From the NCBI GenBank assembly GCA_041661545.1, contig JBAZUH010000001.1, positions 339,877-403,876 on the forward strand: a stretch of DNA of 64,000 bases. Reading direction: 5' to 3'. The position numbers and the translations under genes are program-made. This document shows, piece after piece, positions 17,270 through 26,645 of this stretch. The DNA is from Candidatus Staskawiczbacteria bacterium. GTDB taxonomy: Bacteria > Patescibacteriota > Minisyncoccia > Minisyncoccales > Staskawiczbacteraceae. The first letter of the stretch is position 1, and each line of letters opens with the position of its first letter. The notes under the pieces are model-generated. The model saw only the letters and a list, made by a program, of their open reading frames with translations, ran no database searches and was not told where the DNA came from.

Positions 17270-18295
17270 ATGCCACTAATAGGAAAAGCCTCACCAAAAG
17301 ATTATAATATTCATCCTTCTATATACCCTTGGGCCAGAGAATTATATGACCAAGCTATAGCAAACACATGGTACCCCCACGAAATACCATTAAAAGAAGA
17401 TCTAGAAGATTGGGCAACCATGACCGACGACGAAAAATATGCGGTAGAATTTGTAATGTCTTTTTTTAATCCAGCTGAATTAATAGTAAACAGAGTTTTG
17501 GCTTTAGGGGTTTATCCTTATTTAAAATCAGCTGAATGTCATTTATATTTAGCCAAACAAATGTGGGAAGAAGCAAATCATTGCGTGGCCTTTGAATATG
17601 TTTTAGAAACTTTACCAATAGATAGAACAAAAGTTTATGAAGCTCATATGGTTACTCAATCTATGAAAGATAAAGAAGATTATATAAATGATTATGTAAG
17701 CCGTATGACAGAAGATACTTATGACGTTACCACAGTAGAAGGTAAAAAAGATTTTATAAGAAATCTTGTAGCCTATAATATAGTTATGGAAGGAGTTTGG
17801 TTTTATTCTGGATTTATGGTTATGTTATCTTTTAGACAAAGAAATAAATTAAGAAATTTAGGATCTATGATTAATTGGGTTTTAAGAGACGAAAGCTTAC
17901 ATTTAAAATTTGGGATTAATTTAGTTTTAACTTTATTAGAAGAAAACCCAGAAATAGTATCTGCCGAATTTGCAGAAGAAATAAAAAATATAATTATTAA
18001 AGGTGTTGATTTAGAAACTCAATATAATAAAGATTTATTCCCCCGGGGCATTTTAGGATTAAACGCAGATTATGTAAACCAATATGTGCAATATGTAGCC
18101 GACAGAAGAATGGAAGAATTAGGATTTTCTCCACATTATAATGTTACTAATCCGGCTAAATGGATGACAACTGCTACAGATGTTTACGAATTAGTAAATT
18201 TCTTTGAGTCTCAAAATACAAACTACGAAGTGAATTCTAAATCTTATAACCTGCCTGACCGGCAGGCAGGTACCGAAAAACCAAAAGAATCATAA
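17270..18295 (+). CDS. nrdB: Ribonucleoside-diphosphate reductase beta subunit
   Basis: Di-iron ligand segments WEEANHCVAFEYV and RDESLHLKFG. Lies 22 nt after nrdA. Confidence 0.9.
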   Translation: MPLIGKASPKDYNIHPSIYPWARELYDQAIANTWYPHEIPLKEDLEDWATMTDDEKYAVEFVMSFFNPAELIVNRVLALGVYPYLKSAECHLYLAKQMWEEANHCVAFEYVLETLPIDRTKVYEAHMVTQSMKDKEDYINDYVSRMTEDTYDVTTVEGKKDFIRNLVAYNIVMEGVWFYSGFMVMLSFRQRNKLRNLGSMINWVLRDESLHLKFGINLVLTLLEENPEIVSAEFAEEIKNIIIKGVDLETQYNKDLFPRGILGLNADYVNQYVQYVADRRMEELGFSPHYNVTNPAKWMTTATDVYELVNFFESQNTNYEVNSKSYNLPDRQAGTEKPKES

Positions 18296-18296
18296 T

Positions 18297-18325
18297 CAAA
18301 AAACACTCCTCAGGAGTGTTTTTTG
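18297..18325. terminator. Bidirectional intrinsic terminator between nrdB and tgt
   Basis: aaaaaacactcctcaggagtgttttttg: an 8-bp stem flanked by an A-run and a T-run. Confidence 0.75.
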
Positions 18326-18327
18326 AT

Positions 18328-19524
18328 TTAGATTTCGCCTTTTTTTATTTTTTCGCGTATATTTTCTACAAAAGTATTGAAATAATATAAGTTGTGGAAA
18401 GTTAAAAGCTTCATGCCGGTTATTTCGCCTGCTTTTAACAAATGGCAAATATAATCTTTTTTATAATTCAAACAAACATCACAAACACAACCTTTATCTA
18501 AAGGCTCATTTTTATTTAAAAACTTTGTTTGTTTTAAATTTAATTTTCCTTGAGAAGTAAAAGCAATCCCTCGTCTTGCATAATGCGTTGGAACAGTACA
18601 ATCAAAAGTATCGGCACCAGATTTTATAATTGACTCCATATCTTCTAAATAACCTACTCCTAAAAGATGCCTTGGTTTTTTTTCTGGCAATTCGTCTACC
18701 ACCCAGCCTATCATTTCTCCCATTTTCTTTTTATCATTTCCAAATTCTCCGCCAATTCCAAATCCATCAAAGTCCATAGCACCAATTGTTTTGGCGCTTT
18801 CAATTCTTAAATCTTTAAATTTAGACCCCTGAACAATTCCATACAAAGCTTGCTTGGATTTTTTAGCTTTCAAGCAAATTTCTGCCCATTTATGAGTTTT
18901 TTCTAAAGATTTTTTAACATAATCATATTCTGCTAAGGGAGCTGTGCATTCATCAAAAGCAAAAATAATATCTGCCCCTATTTTCTCCTGTATTTTAATA
19001 GATTCTTTGGGGCCAATAAATAATTCATCTCCATTTATTGGCGAACGAAAAATTACCCCGTCGTTATTTATTTTTATTTGCTTTGGCTGTGTACCTGCAC
19101 TAATTGAGCGAGGCAATAAATTTTTTTGAGACGAATGGGCACCGTCAGCAGACGGGTTGAGACGAGAAAAAATTTGATTGCCGAGCGCTAATTTACTACC
19201 CAATCCGTAGTCTGTACCAAAGCCCAAAGAAAAAACCTGATAGCCACCGGAATCTGTCATTAGGGGCTTTTTCCAATTCATAAATTTATGAATTTTACCG
19301 GCTTTTTCTACAATTTTCTCGCCCGGTTTTAAATGTAAATGAAATGTATTAGAAATTAAAATTTGTGATTTTGTTGCTTCTACTTCTTTGCTTTCTAAGG
19401 TTTTTATAACTGCTTGTGTTGCAACCGGAACTAAACACGGCGTTTCAACAACACCGTGCTCTGTTTCTAAAAATCCCAACCTCGCCCTGCTTTTATTAGA
19501 TTTTTTTAATATCTTAAAATTCAT
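18328..19524 (-). CDS. tgt: tRNA-guanine transglycosylase (queuine tRNA-ribosyltransferase) carrying an internal repeat-derived insertion
   Basis: TPCLVPVATQAVIKT, TDSGGYQVFSLG, FAFDECT, and Zn-site CVCDVC...H. There is an extra ~45 aa between GGYQVFSLG and VIFRSPINGD. Confidence 0.9.
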   Translation of the reverse strand: MNFKILKKSNKSRARLGFLETEHGVVETPCLVPVATQAVIKTLESKEVEATKSQILISNTFHLHLKPGEKIVEKAGKIHKFMNWKKPLMTDSGGYQVFSLGFGTDYGLGSKLALGNQIFSRLNPSADGAHSSQKNLLPRSISAGTQPKQIKINNDGVIFRSPINGDELFIGPKESIKIQEKIGADIIFAFDECTAPLAEYDYVKKSLEKTHKWAEICLKAKKSKQALYGIVQGSKFKDLRIESAKTIGAMDFDGFGIGGEFGNDKKKMGEMIGWVVDELPEKKPRHLLGVGYLEDMESIIKSGADTFDCTVPTHYARRGIAFTSQGKLNLKQTKFLNKNEPLDKGCVCDVCLNYKKDYICHLLKAGEITGMKLLTFHNLYYFNTFVENIREKIKKGEI

Positions 19525-19529
19525 TTAAA

Positions 19530-19619
19530 TTATTTATATGATGGAACTAATATTAAGATGCCAATTAAAATTACCATTATTAATCCTAAAACACCTAATA
19601 ACCAAATTTCTTTTTTCAT
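19530..19619 (-). CDS. Possible 29-aa single-TM micropeptide
   Basis: MKKEIWLLGVLGLIMVILIGILILVPSYK; below the ORF-track size cutoff. Sits immediately upstream of tgt on the same strand. Confidence 0.3.
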   Translation of the reverse strand: MKKEIWLLGVLGLIMVILIGILILVPSYK

Positions 19620-19774
19620 AAAATATAATCCGAATGTCATCCAAATAAATCCGAATGCCACGAATTAAATTCATCGTATTCGAAACATTAGAATGATTCG
19701 TAGATTTGTATTGTCTAGATTTATATTACCTGTTAAATGAAAAATATCAAAGGCCTGCCTGCCGGCAGGCAGGC

Positions 19775-19803
19775 TTGACATAGACTCATAAACAAAGTAT
19801 AAT
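19775..19803 (+). promoter_or_regulatory. Consensus sigma-70-type promoter (TTGACA-N17-TATAAT)
   Basis: TTGACA at 19775-19780, a 17-nt spacer, and TATAAT at 19798-19803. The 22-nt palindrome gcctgcctgccggcaggcaggc abuts it directly on the upstream side. Confidence 0.6.
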
Positions 19804-19895
19804 AAAAATAACTAACAAGTCGCAAAACGACCTGCTAGGAATTAAAAAGGTCGTTTTACTATTTATTAGGCACGCGCCTATAAAAGAAACAAAAA

Positions 19896-20075
19896 ATGTT
19901 CGACAGAAACAATAATAATGGAGGTTTTGTCAAAAGAGAGCCTGTTAAAGGAAACTGGAAATGCTCCGAATGCGGAGTAGAAATTACAGAGCTTCCTTTT
20001 GAACCAGCTCCCGACAGACCAATCTATTGCAGAGAATGCTGGTCTAAAAAAAGACCTCCAAGATTCAGCAGATAA
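19896..20075 (+). CDS. Small zinc-ribbon protein (59 aa)
   Basis: MFDRNNNNGGFVKREPVKGNWKCSECGVEITELPFEPAPDRPIYCRECWSKKRPPRFSR. One residue below the ORF-track cutoff. Followed by a terminator at about 20086-20115. Confidence 0.6.
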   Translation: MFDRNNNNGGFVKREPVKGNWKCSECGVEITELPFEPAPDRPIYCRECWSKKRPPRFSR

Positions 20076-20176
20076 TTGAATCGAAAATAATCCCCTTCTT
20101 GGGGGTTATTTTTTTATAAAAAATTTGTATAATTTTTTAATAGTGATACAATAAAAAAAAATAAAGTAAAAAAATA

Positions 20177-20602
20177 ATGAACAAAGAAAAAAAAGATCTT
20201 CTAAAAAAAATACAAAATACTTATTGTAGGTTAAGAGCATCTAAAATAGAAGGCGTAGGAATTTTTGCTATAAGAGATATTCCAAAAGGAATAAATCCAT
20301 TTTACGGAGTAAGAAAAGAAAAATGGATTAAATTTAATAAATCAGAAATAGAAAATTTAGACGAATCTATATTAGAAATGGTTAATAGCTTTTTTGTTGT
20401 TAATAAAGATGGGTCTGTTTACATGTCTGATTGCGGTCTTCATGGGATGAATGTATCTTATTTTTTAAATCATTCTAAAAAACCTAATGTTACAACAAAT
20501 AAAAATGGCGAAAATTTTATTACCTTAAGAAAAATCAAAAAGGGTGAAGAATTGTCAGTTTCATATTCAATTTACGCCCATAATGAAAAATATAAAATTT
20601 AA
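20177..20602 (+). CDS. SET-domain protein (putative protein-lysine methyltransferase)
   Basis: GVGIFAIRDIPKGINPF, NHSKKPNV, and KIKKGEELSVSY. Confidence 0.75.
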   Translation: MNKEKKDLLKKIQNTYCRLRASKIEGVGIFAIRDIPKGINPFYGVRKEKWIKFNKSEIENLDESILEMVNSFFVVNKDGSVYMSDCGLHGMNVSYFLNHSKKPNVTTNKNGENFITLRKIKKGEELSVSYSIYAHNEKYKI

Positions 20603-20604
20603 CT

Positions 20605-21972
20605 ATGAGCAACGAAAATGGTAATGGTAACGGCCATATCAATGGAAACGGAAAAAATAATTTACCAGATGCAAAGGTTTTACCTGAAAAAATAATTAGA
20701 AAATTTTTATTTGTAAGCTGGGAAAGCTTATCAGGAGATTTAGCATGGCAAATTAAAAGAGAGGGCCACGAAGTTAAAATTTATATAAAATCAGAAAAAG
20801 ATAAAGACGTTTACGATGGTTTTTTAGATAAAGTAGATGATTGGAAAAAATATATTGATTGGGCAGATGTTATTGTTTTTGATGATGTGGGATTTGGCCC
20901 AACTGCCGACGAATTAAGAAAATCCGGCAAATTAATTGTTGGCGGATCAGCTTATACAGATAAACTAGAAGAAAATAGAGAATTTGGTCAAGCAGAAATG
21001 AAAAGAGTTGGAATGCTAACGCTTCCCCACTGGGATTTTTCTGATTATGAAACAGCCCTAAAATTTATTGAAGAAAATCCAGGAAGATATGTTTATAAAC
21101 CTTCTGGATTTACCGGCTCTGATGTAAAAGGGCTTTTATTTATTGGCAAAGATGAAGACGGAAAAGATTTGCATGAAATAATAAGATCAAACAAAAAAGT
21201 ATTACAACAACGGGTTAAACAATTCCAACTTCAAAAATTTGCCTCGGGCGTTGAAATAGCAGTTGGTGCATTTTTTAATGGAAACGATTTTATTTATCCG
21301 CTACATGTTAATTTTGAACATAAAAAATTATTTCCAGGAGATATTGGGCCATTTACAGGAGAAATGGGAACTTTAGGTTATTTTTCTGGACCAAATACAA
21401 TATTTAGAACCACTTTAGAAAAAATGCGGGAAGATATAAAAAAATCAGGTTACGTAGGATATGTTGATATAAATTGTATTGCTAACGCCCGAGGAATATA
21501 CCCCCTGGAATTTACCTGTAGGTTTGGATACCCAACAATATCTTTACAAATAGAAGCAATTACTAGCGAATGGGGCGAATTCTTATATAAAATTGCTAAA
21601 GGAGAAAATTACGATTTAAAAACAAAAAAGGGCTTTCAAATATGCGTGGTATGCTCGGTTCCACCATTTCCCTATAATGATAAAGATGAAATGGCCATAT
21701 ATAAAGACCTTTCAATTATTTTTAAAAAACCTAATTTAGACGGCGTGCGTCTTGGAGATGTAAAATTAGTTGATGGAAGCTGGCAAATAGCTGGAGAAAC
21801 CGGCTACTCATTAATAGTAACTGGCGCTGGCACAACCGTAGAAGATGCTAGAAAGCAAGTTTACAGCAGAATAGAAAATATATTGTTACAAAATATGTTT
21901 TATAGAACAGACATAGGAATGGGCTGGAATGAAGATTCTGATAAATTACAAACCTGGGGATATCTTTATTAA
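20605..21972 (+). CDS. ATP-grasp enzyme, PurD (phosphoribosylamine-glycine ligase)-like
   Basis: 455 aa with PurD-like layout (KFLFVSWESLSGDLAWQIKREGHEV, YVYKPSG, and an ATP-grasp core). Starts 3 nt after the SET gene. Confidence 0.6.
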   Translation: MSNENGNGNGHINGNGKNNLPDAKVLPEKIIRKFLFVSWESLSGDLAWQIKREGHEVKIYIKSEKDKDVYDGFLDKVDDWKKYIDWADVIVFDDVGFGPTADELRKSGKLIVGGSAYTDKLEENREFGQAEMKRVGMLTLPHWDFSDYETALKFIEENPGRYVYKPSGFTGSDVKGLLFIGKDEDGKDLHEIIRSNKKVLQQRVKQFQLQKFASGVEIAVGAFFNGNDFIYPLHVNFEHKKLFPGDIGPFTGEMGTLGYFSGPNTIFRTTLEKMREDIKKSGYVGYVDINCIANARGIYPLEFTCRFGYPTISLQIEAITSEWGEFLYKIAKGENYDLKTKKGFQICVVCSVPPFPYNDKDEMAIYKDLSIIFKKPNLDGVRLGDVKLVDGSWQIAGETGYSLIVTGAGTTVEDARKQVYSRIENILLQNMFYRTDIGMGWNEDSDKLQTWGYLY

Positions 21973-21989
21973 CTCGTTTATAAAAAAAC

Positions 21990-22018
21990 AAAAACCCCAA
22001 TATTGGGGTTTTTGTTTT
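21990..22018. terminator. Bidirectional intrinsic terminator
   Basis: aaaaaccccaatattggggtttttg. Confidence 0.7.
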
Positions 22019-22024
22019 GTATTT

Positions 22025-22225
22025 TTAGTTTCTACCTAACTTTGGAAAAACTACTACCAAATAAATTGCTGACAATCCTACCAATACATATACAATATTG
22101 GTTAAAGCTGATCCCTCTCCTAAAAGCATCGTAACCAAGTTCCAACCAAATGCTACCAACAACCAATTTAACCCTCCTACAATTACCAATACTAATGCTA
22201 CTAAATCTAAAGTATTAAATTTCAT
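22025..22225 (-). CDS. DUF378-family small membrane protein
   Basis: LVALVLVIVGGLNWLLVAFGWNLV is typical of DUF378. Confidence 0.7.
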   Translation of the reverse strand: MKFNTLDLVALVLVIVGGLNWLLVAFGWNLVTMLLGEGSALTNIVYVLVGLSAIYLVVVFPKLGRN

Positions 22226-22328
22226 GATTATATTTCGATTTTATAAATTAATTTTAAAATCGACCTTTAGTGCCAACAAATGGCTCTTAATATATTATAC
22301 CACAAAAAATAACGTCAAGTCTTGTAGC

Positions 22329-22826
22329 TCATTCTATAAATAAACTTGCTGTATCACCCACTTTTAATTTTATATTTTCTGCTATGCCCGCGTTAACCTC
22401 TAAAACATACTTAGCTTTTGCTAGCGAGCCAACTGTTGGACATATTAAAACTTTTACCTGCCTGCCGGCAGGCAGGCAGGGCTGAACATTATTAGCAATA
22501 AAAATTATTTTTCTATTTTCGTTTATCCAAATTATATCTAATGGTATTAAAGTATTTTTCATCCAAAAAGGATAAACGCCTTCTTTTTCAAAAATAAAAA
22601 GCATACCCTTGTCTGCATCTAGTTGGTTTCTGTTCATTAGACCTTTTGCTCTTTCTGATTCTGTTTTAGCAATTTCTACAGAAAAACAATTCTCTTTAAA
22701 ACATACTTTGTTGTTTATACTTTGCAAGGTTCCTGGAGACAATAAAATATTAGCTGAATTAAAAAAGATAAAAATTATAATAATAATTATAACTATTAAA
22801 AAAAATATTTCTAATATCATTTTCAT
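22329..22826 (-). CDS. DUF192-domain protein
   Basis: GLMNRNQLDADKGMLFIF and FWMKNTLIPLDIIWI. Contains an in-frame cctgcctgccggcaggcagg palindrome encoding CLPAGRQV. Confidence 0.75.
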   Translation of the reverse strand: MKMILEIFFLIVIIIIIIFIFFNSANILLSPGTLQSINNKVCFKENCFSVEIAKTESERAKGLMNRNQLDADKGMLFIFEKEGVYPFWMKNTLIPLDIIWINENRKIIFIANNVQPCLPAGRQVKVLICPTVGSLAKAKYVLEVNAGIAENIKLKVGDTASLFIE

Positions 22827-22830
22827 ATTA

Positions 22831-23532
22831 TTACTTAGATTTTATTCTTTGCTGTACGTTGCTACTAGTTAATTCTTTTATGGCGTTATTAGCAATCCAT
22901 TTGGAGCTCTTGTAATTTAATGTTTGAATTTTTTTAGCAAGAATTATTGCTTCTTTATTAAGAGATACATTTCTTTTACCAATTTGCCTTAACGCCCAAT
23001 TTACCGCCTTTTTAACAAAGTTTCTCTCATCGTTTGAAGCTTTTTCTATTAAAGGAAAAAACTTTATAAAATCTTGGTCTTTCATTTTTTTATTATGAAC
23101 AGATAAAGTTGCCATTAATGTAAACGCTGTTCTTTTTTCAAACTCTTTTTTTCTTTTACTAAATTCAAAAACTTTTTTATATACAAACTCTGTTTTATCA
23201 AATAGATTTCCACAAACTTGATCTACTATATCCCATGAATCAAAACTTCTAGTCCATTTTTCCATTTGCGCGTTTGTTAATTTTTCTGCATCAGCAACAA
23301 AACCAGCCAATAATCTTGCCTCGTGAATTCCAGAATCCCATAACTCTAAAGCTAAATTATGATCTTTTTTAATAATTTTAGCCATTTTTCTTAACTTTGG
23401 CACAGAAACACCATAAACTTTTGTTTTTGGCCGTATACCAAAACGAGCCATGCCTTCAACATTTTTAGGATTTTTTAAAAATCTTAATTCTTGTAAAATT
23501 TCTTCGTATTTCATATTTATTAATTTTAGCAT
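22831..23532 (-). CDS. DNA alkylation repair protein (AlkD/AlkC-like HEAT repeat)
   Basis: NVEGMARFGIRPKTKVYGVSVPKLRKMAK, IHEARLLAGF, and WIANNAIKEL. Confidence 0.7.
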   Translation of the reverse strand: MLKLINMKYEEILQELRFLKNPKNVEGMARFGIRPKTKVYGVSVPKLRKMAKIIKKDHNLALELWDSGIHEARLLAGFVADAEKLTNAQMEKWTRSFDSWDIVDQVCGNLFDKTEFVYKKVFEFSKRKKEFEKRTAFTLMATLSVHNKKMKDQDFIKFFPLIEKASNDERNFVKKAVNWALRQIGKRNVSLNKEAIILAKKIQTLNYKSSKWIANNAIKELTSSNVQQRIKSK

Positions 23533-23583
23533 CTCAATAGGCTCAGTGTAAATAAAAACCGGCTTTTTGCCAGTTTTTTATGC

Positions 23584-23667
23584 TTATTTTGTTCTTTTAT
23601 TAAGCTTTGTTCTTTTTCTTTTTTTGACTCGTCTACCAAGTCTTTTTTTATTGGCCCAAGTTGGCAT
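23584..23667 (-). CDS. Possible 27-aa highly basic peptide
   Basis: MPTWANKKRLGRRVKKRKRTKLNKRTK, followed on the minus strand by the hairpin aaaaactggcaaaaagccggttttt. Below the track cutoff. Confidence 0.3.
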   Translation of the reverse strand: MPTWANKKRLGRRVKKRKRTKLNKRTK

Positions 23668-23772
23668 AATTTTTATTTTTTAAAAATGATTTTTCGCGAC
23701 CATTTATATTATAAGTATACCACAAATTTAATAAAATTGGTAATAGACTTGAACAAACATAAATGATATAAT

Positions 23773-24510
23773 ATGAATAATATGGATTTTATAATTCTAA
23801 TTTATATAATTTTGGGCTTATTGCCCAGTTCTATCTGGCTTTCTTTTTACTTAAAAAAAGACTTACACCCCGAACCAAAAAGAATGATATTAAAAATATT
23901 CTTTTGGGGCGCCTTAATAACTATTCCTGTTTTTTTTGTACAAATAGGTCTTACTTATTTATTAGGATTAATAAATTTAGGTTCTTTGTTTGAAGATATT
24001 ATATATTGGTTTGTTATAATCGCCTTTTCAGAAGAATATTTTAAATATTTAGTGATTAGAGTTAAAATATTTAACAGTCCTCACCTAGACGAACCTTTAG
24101 ATGCAATGCTTTATATGGTTGTTTCGGCCCTAGGATTTGCTGCAGTAGAAAATATTCTTTATTTATTCTCTCCTGCTGGTAGCATGTCTTTTGATGATAC
24201 AGTGAATAGGGCTATTTTTATGGCTTTAATACGCTTTGTGGGAGCTACATTTTTACATACTCTATGCTCTGCACTTATTGGATATTATCTGGCTATTTCG
24301 TTCTCTAAATCTAAAAAGAAATACCTACCATTTATAACGGGGTCATTTATGGCTGTATTTTTTCACGGACTTTATAATTATTCTTTAATGACATCTAATA
24401 GTAATTTCAAAATAGTTGTTCCTATTGTTATAATATTGGTTCTTGCCACTCTGGTATTCTCAGGATTTTCAAAACTTAAAAAAATGGCCAGCATCTGCAA
24501 AATATCATAA
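23773..24510 (+). CDS. PrsW-family intramembrane metalloprotease
   Basis: Polytopic, with the FSEEYFKY (EExxK) and HGLYN motifs. Confidence 0.7.
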   Translation: MNNMDFIILIYIILGLLPSSIWLSFYLKKDLHPEPKRMILKIFFWGALITIPVFFVQIGLTYLLGLINLGSLFEDIIYWFVIIAFSEEYFKYLVIRVKIFNSPHLDEPLDAMLYMVVSALGFAAVENILYLFSPAGSMSFDDTVNRAIFMALIRFVGATFLHTLCSALIGYYLAISFSKSKKKYLPFITGSFMAVFFHGLYNYSLMTSNSNFKIVVPIVIILVLATLVFSGFSKLKKMASICKIS

Positions 24511-24588
24511 TCTATATAATATAACACCACAACAAAAAACCGCGCTGAGTTTGTCAAAGCACGGTTTTTTATTATAAAACTTTGTTTA

Positions 24589-26241
24589 TTATCTTACGTA
24601 TTTAAACCAAAATATATATATTATTCCTAAAATTATTATAAAAGAAATAATCCAAATAAAATTTACAATAAACCATTCCCCAAAGCTATCTACATTAAAA
24701 TTTTTAAAAGCGCCCAAAAGCCCTGCTGCCGCATAATTATCTAAATTTTCCGTTGACCCGCCAGTTTTTGTGGTAATTGTATTATTTAAACTTGTATTAG
24801 TAGAATTATTTTCTGTGGTCAAATTGTTAGAATCATCTGCAGTGCTATCCTGCGGAGATATTTGATAATTATTCTCTATGTTTTCAACTTCACTATTGCC
24901 AGCAATCTCATTTTTACTAACCTGACTATTATTTTGTAACAACAATTTGTCTTGGCCAGAAACAGTAGCAAATGAATCGCTTTTATATAAAGAAGGCAAA
25001 TTATTGCCACTAGGATCAGCCACATCTGTGCTAACATATAAATAGTATTTTGTATCTAAACTTAAGTCTGAATCTGGTTGCAAGCGGGCTTGTTTTCCCC
25101 CGTTAGCAATTATAACTGTAGCGGGCACCAAAATATCATTAGAATATTTTCTTAATTGGATATTATCATTATTTATAGTTGTTATATCCATATTTTTTGA
25201 GAAATTTATATATGGAATAACATTCAAAGAAATATTTTCTGCACCACCTAATGGATATTGAGATACAACAACAGGAGCTGTGCTATCTGCCGGATTAAAC
25301 ACAACACGTGAGCTATCATTAACATTACCGTAAGAAGCAACCAAATTAACTGTTCCTGGAGTTTTTTTACTCAATAAAGATTTACCAACTCCACCTTCAA
25401 GTGTTACTACCGATGGATTTAATGATCCGCCACCATCTACTGATAAGACTATGTGAGATGAGCTATCATCAACTATATTATCAAATTTATCTTTTCCTGT
25501 AATCTTAATTTCGCTTGAATGGCTAGTATCAACCGGACTTTCTGATAAAATAGATAATTTAGCAATTTTACCTGACACAAATTTTATTGGATCTGATTTC
25601 CCAATTAGTGCTCCCTCTACCTTAACAGTTATTATTTTTGATTCTGCTTTAGTTGATGACAAATTAATAGTTGTAATTCCTGGATCATCTGCTACATCTG
25701 GCTGACTAAGAATATTGTCACTGCCAGAAGTTGAAACACTAACACTAGCGCCTGGAATTATATTTTTATATTTATCTTTACATGTAATTTTTATTACCGC
25801 TAATGATATTCCATCTGCTACAACATTAAGCGGGTCTACAGAAATAGAAGAATTAACAGAGTTTGCTACTCCTGGCGATAATTTTATTGGATTTGAAATA
25901 GCTTTGCCCGCACTAGAACCAAAAATAATCTGAAAAGAATCTGTGCCAGTATATCCTAAATTTTCAAATGTAGCCAAGCCTTTTAAATTAGTAACTTCTG
26001 CCAAACTACCTATTAGCTCGCCCAAACCCGTAGTAACTGCTGTAACAGTAACTCCTCCTACGGGATTATCATTAGCATCTTTTACTAGCAAAACTGGTTG
26101 TTGAGACAAAGCACCGTCAACGCTGTTTGTACTAGATGGCTGAACAGTAATTTTAATCGAATTACTATTTTCTACCGCAAAAACGCTGACATTAAAAAAC
26201 AACGAACCAATTAACACAAATATTAATAAAGGTAATTTCAT
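24589..26241 (-). CDS. Surface protein with bacterial Ig-like (Big/SbsA-type) domains and a C-terminal TM anchor
   Basis: Signal peptide, repeated beta-rich ~90-aa segments, and the C-terminal hydrophobic helix FIWIISFIIILGIIYIFWF. Confidence 0.55.
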   Translation of the reverse strand: MKLPLLIFVLIGSLFFNVSVFAVENSNSIKITVQPSSTNSVDGALSQQPVLLVKDANDNPVGGVTVTAVTTGLGELIGSLAEVTNLKGLATFENLGYTGTDSFQIIFGSSAGKAISNPIKLSPGVANSVNSSISVDPLNVVADGISLAVIKITCKDKYKNIIPGASVSVSTSGSDNILSQPDVADDPGITTINLSSTKAESKIITVKVEGALIGKSDPIKFVSGKIAKLSILSESPVDTSHSSEIKITGKDKFDNIVDDSSSHIVLSVDGGGSLNPSVVTLEGGVGKSLLSKKTPGTVNLVASYGNVNDSSRVVFNPADSTAPVVVSQYPLGGAENISLNVIPYINFSKNMDITTINNDNIQLRKYSNDILVPATVIIANGGKQARLQPDSDLSLDTKYYLYVSTDVADPSGNNLPSLYKSDSFATVSGQDKLLLQNNSQVSKNEIAGNSEVENIENNYQISPQDSTADDSNNLTTENNSTNTSLNNTITTKTGGSTENLDNYAAAGLLGAFKNFNVDSFGEWFIVNFIWIISFIIILGIIYIFWFKYVR

Positions 26242-26337
26242 ATTTTTTGATTGTTTATTATTATAATATTATAACATAAGCAAAGGCTTTACAATATAAC
26301 ATATAAGATTTATCATATAATAATTAACCAAATTAAT

Positions 26338-26574
26338 ATGAATAAACTATTTTTAAAAAATATTAGTATACTATCAGTTATTTTCTTTTTTACTGGGGCT
26401 TCACAAATATATGCAGAAATCCCCGGTAGGTATTTAACAGCTGATGTTGGAGCTGCCGACTTAATGGGAATTGCTTCAAAATATCCCACGCTGTTTTGGT
26501 CTGGATTATTTATTTTTCTTATAATCTGCTTAGGATATGGCATTTATTATCTTGTAAAAAGAAACAAAAAATAA
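26338..26574 (+). CDS. Small secreted/anchored protein
   Basis: Signal-like N-terminus, C-terminal TM plus KRNKK, and the terminator aaaaaaaacaacgtaattaatacgttgtttttt downstream. Preferred over the overlapping minus-strand ORF 26313..26543. Confidence 0.5.
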   Translation: MNKLFLKNISILSVIFFFTGASQIYAEIPGRYLTADVGAADLMGIASKYPTLFWSGLFIFLIICLGYGIYYLVKRNKK

Positions 26575-26645
26575 TTTTAAACTAAATTTATAAAAAAAAC
26601 AACGTAATTAATACGTTGTTTTTTAGACCTGGGAGGCACAATAGT

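Noticed and set aside
19621-19745. Clustered CCGAATG / ATTCG words upstream of the palindrome-promoter at 19753, considered as a possible iteron or tandem repeat.
   Set aside because: The units are too degenerate and irregularly spaced for me to define a repeat with confidence by eye. It might merit a computational look.
26313-26543. Minus-strand 76-aa ORF overlapping 26338..26574.
   Set aside because: The plus-strand ORF has a signal peptide, a C-terminal anchor and a downstream terminator. The minus-strand ORF has none of these.
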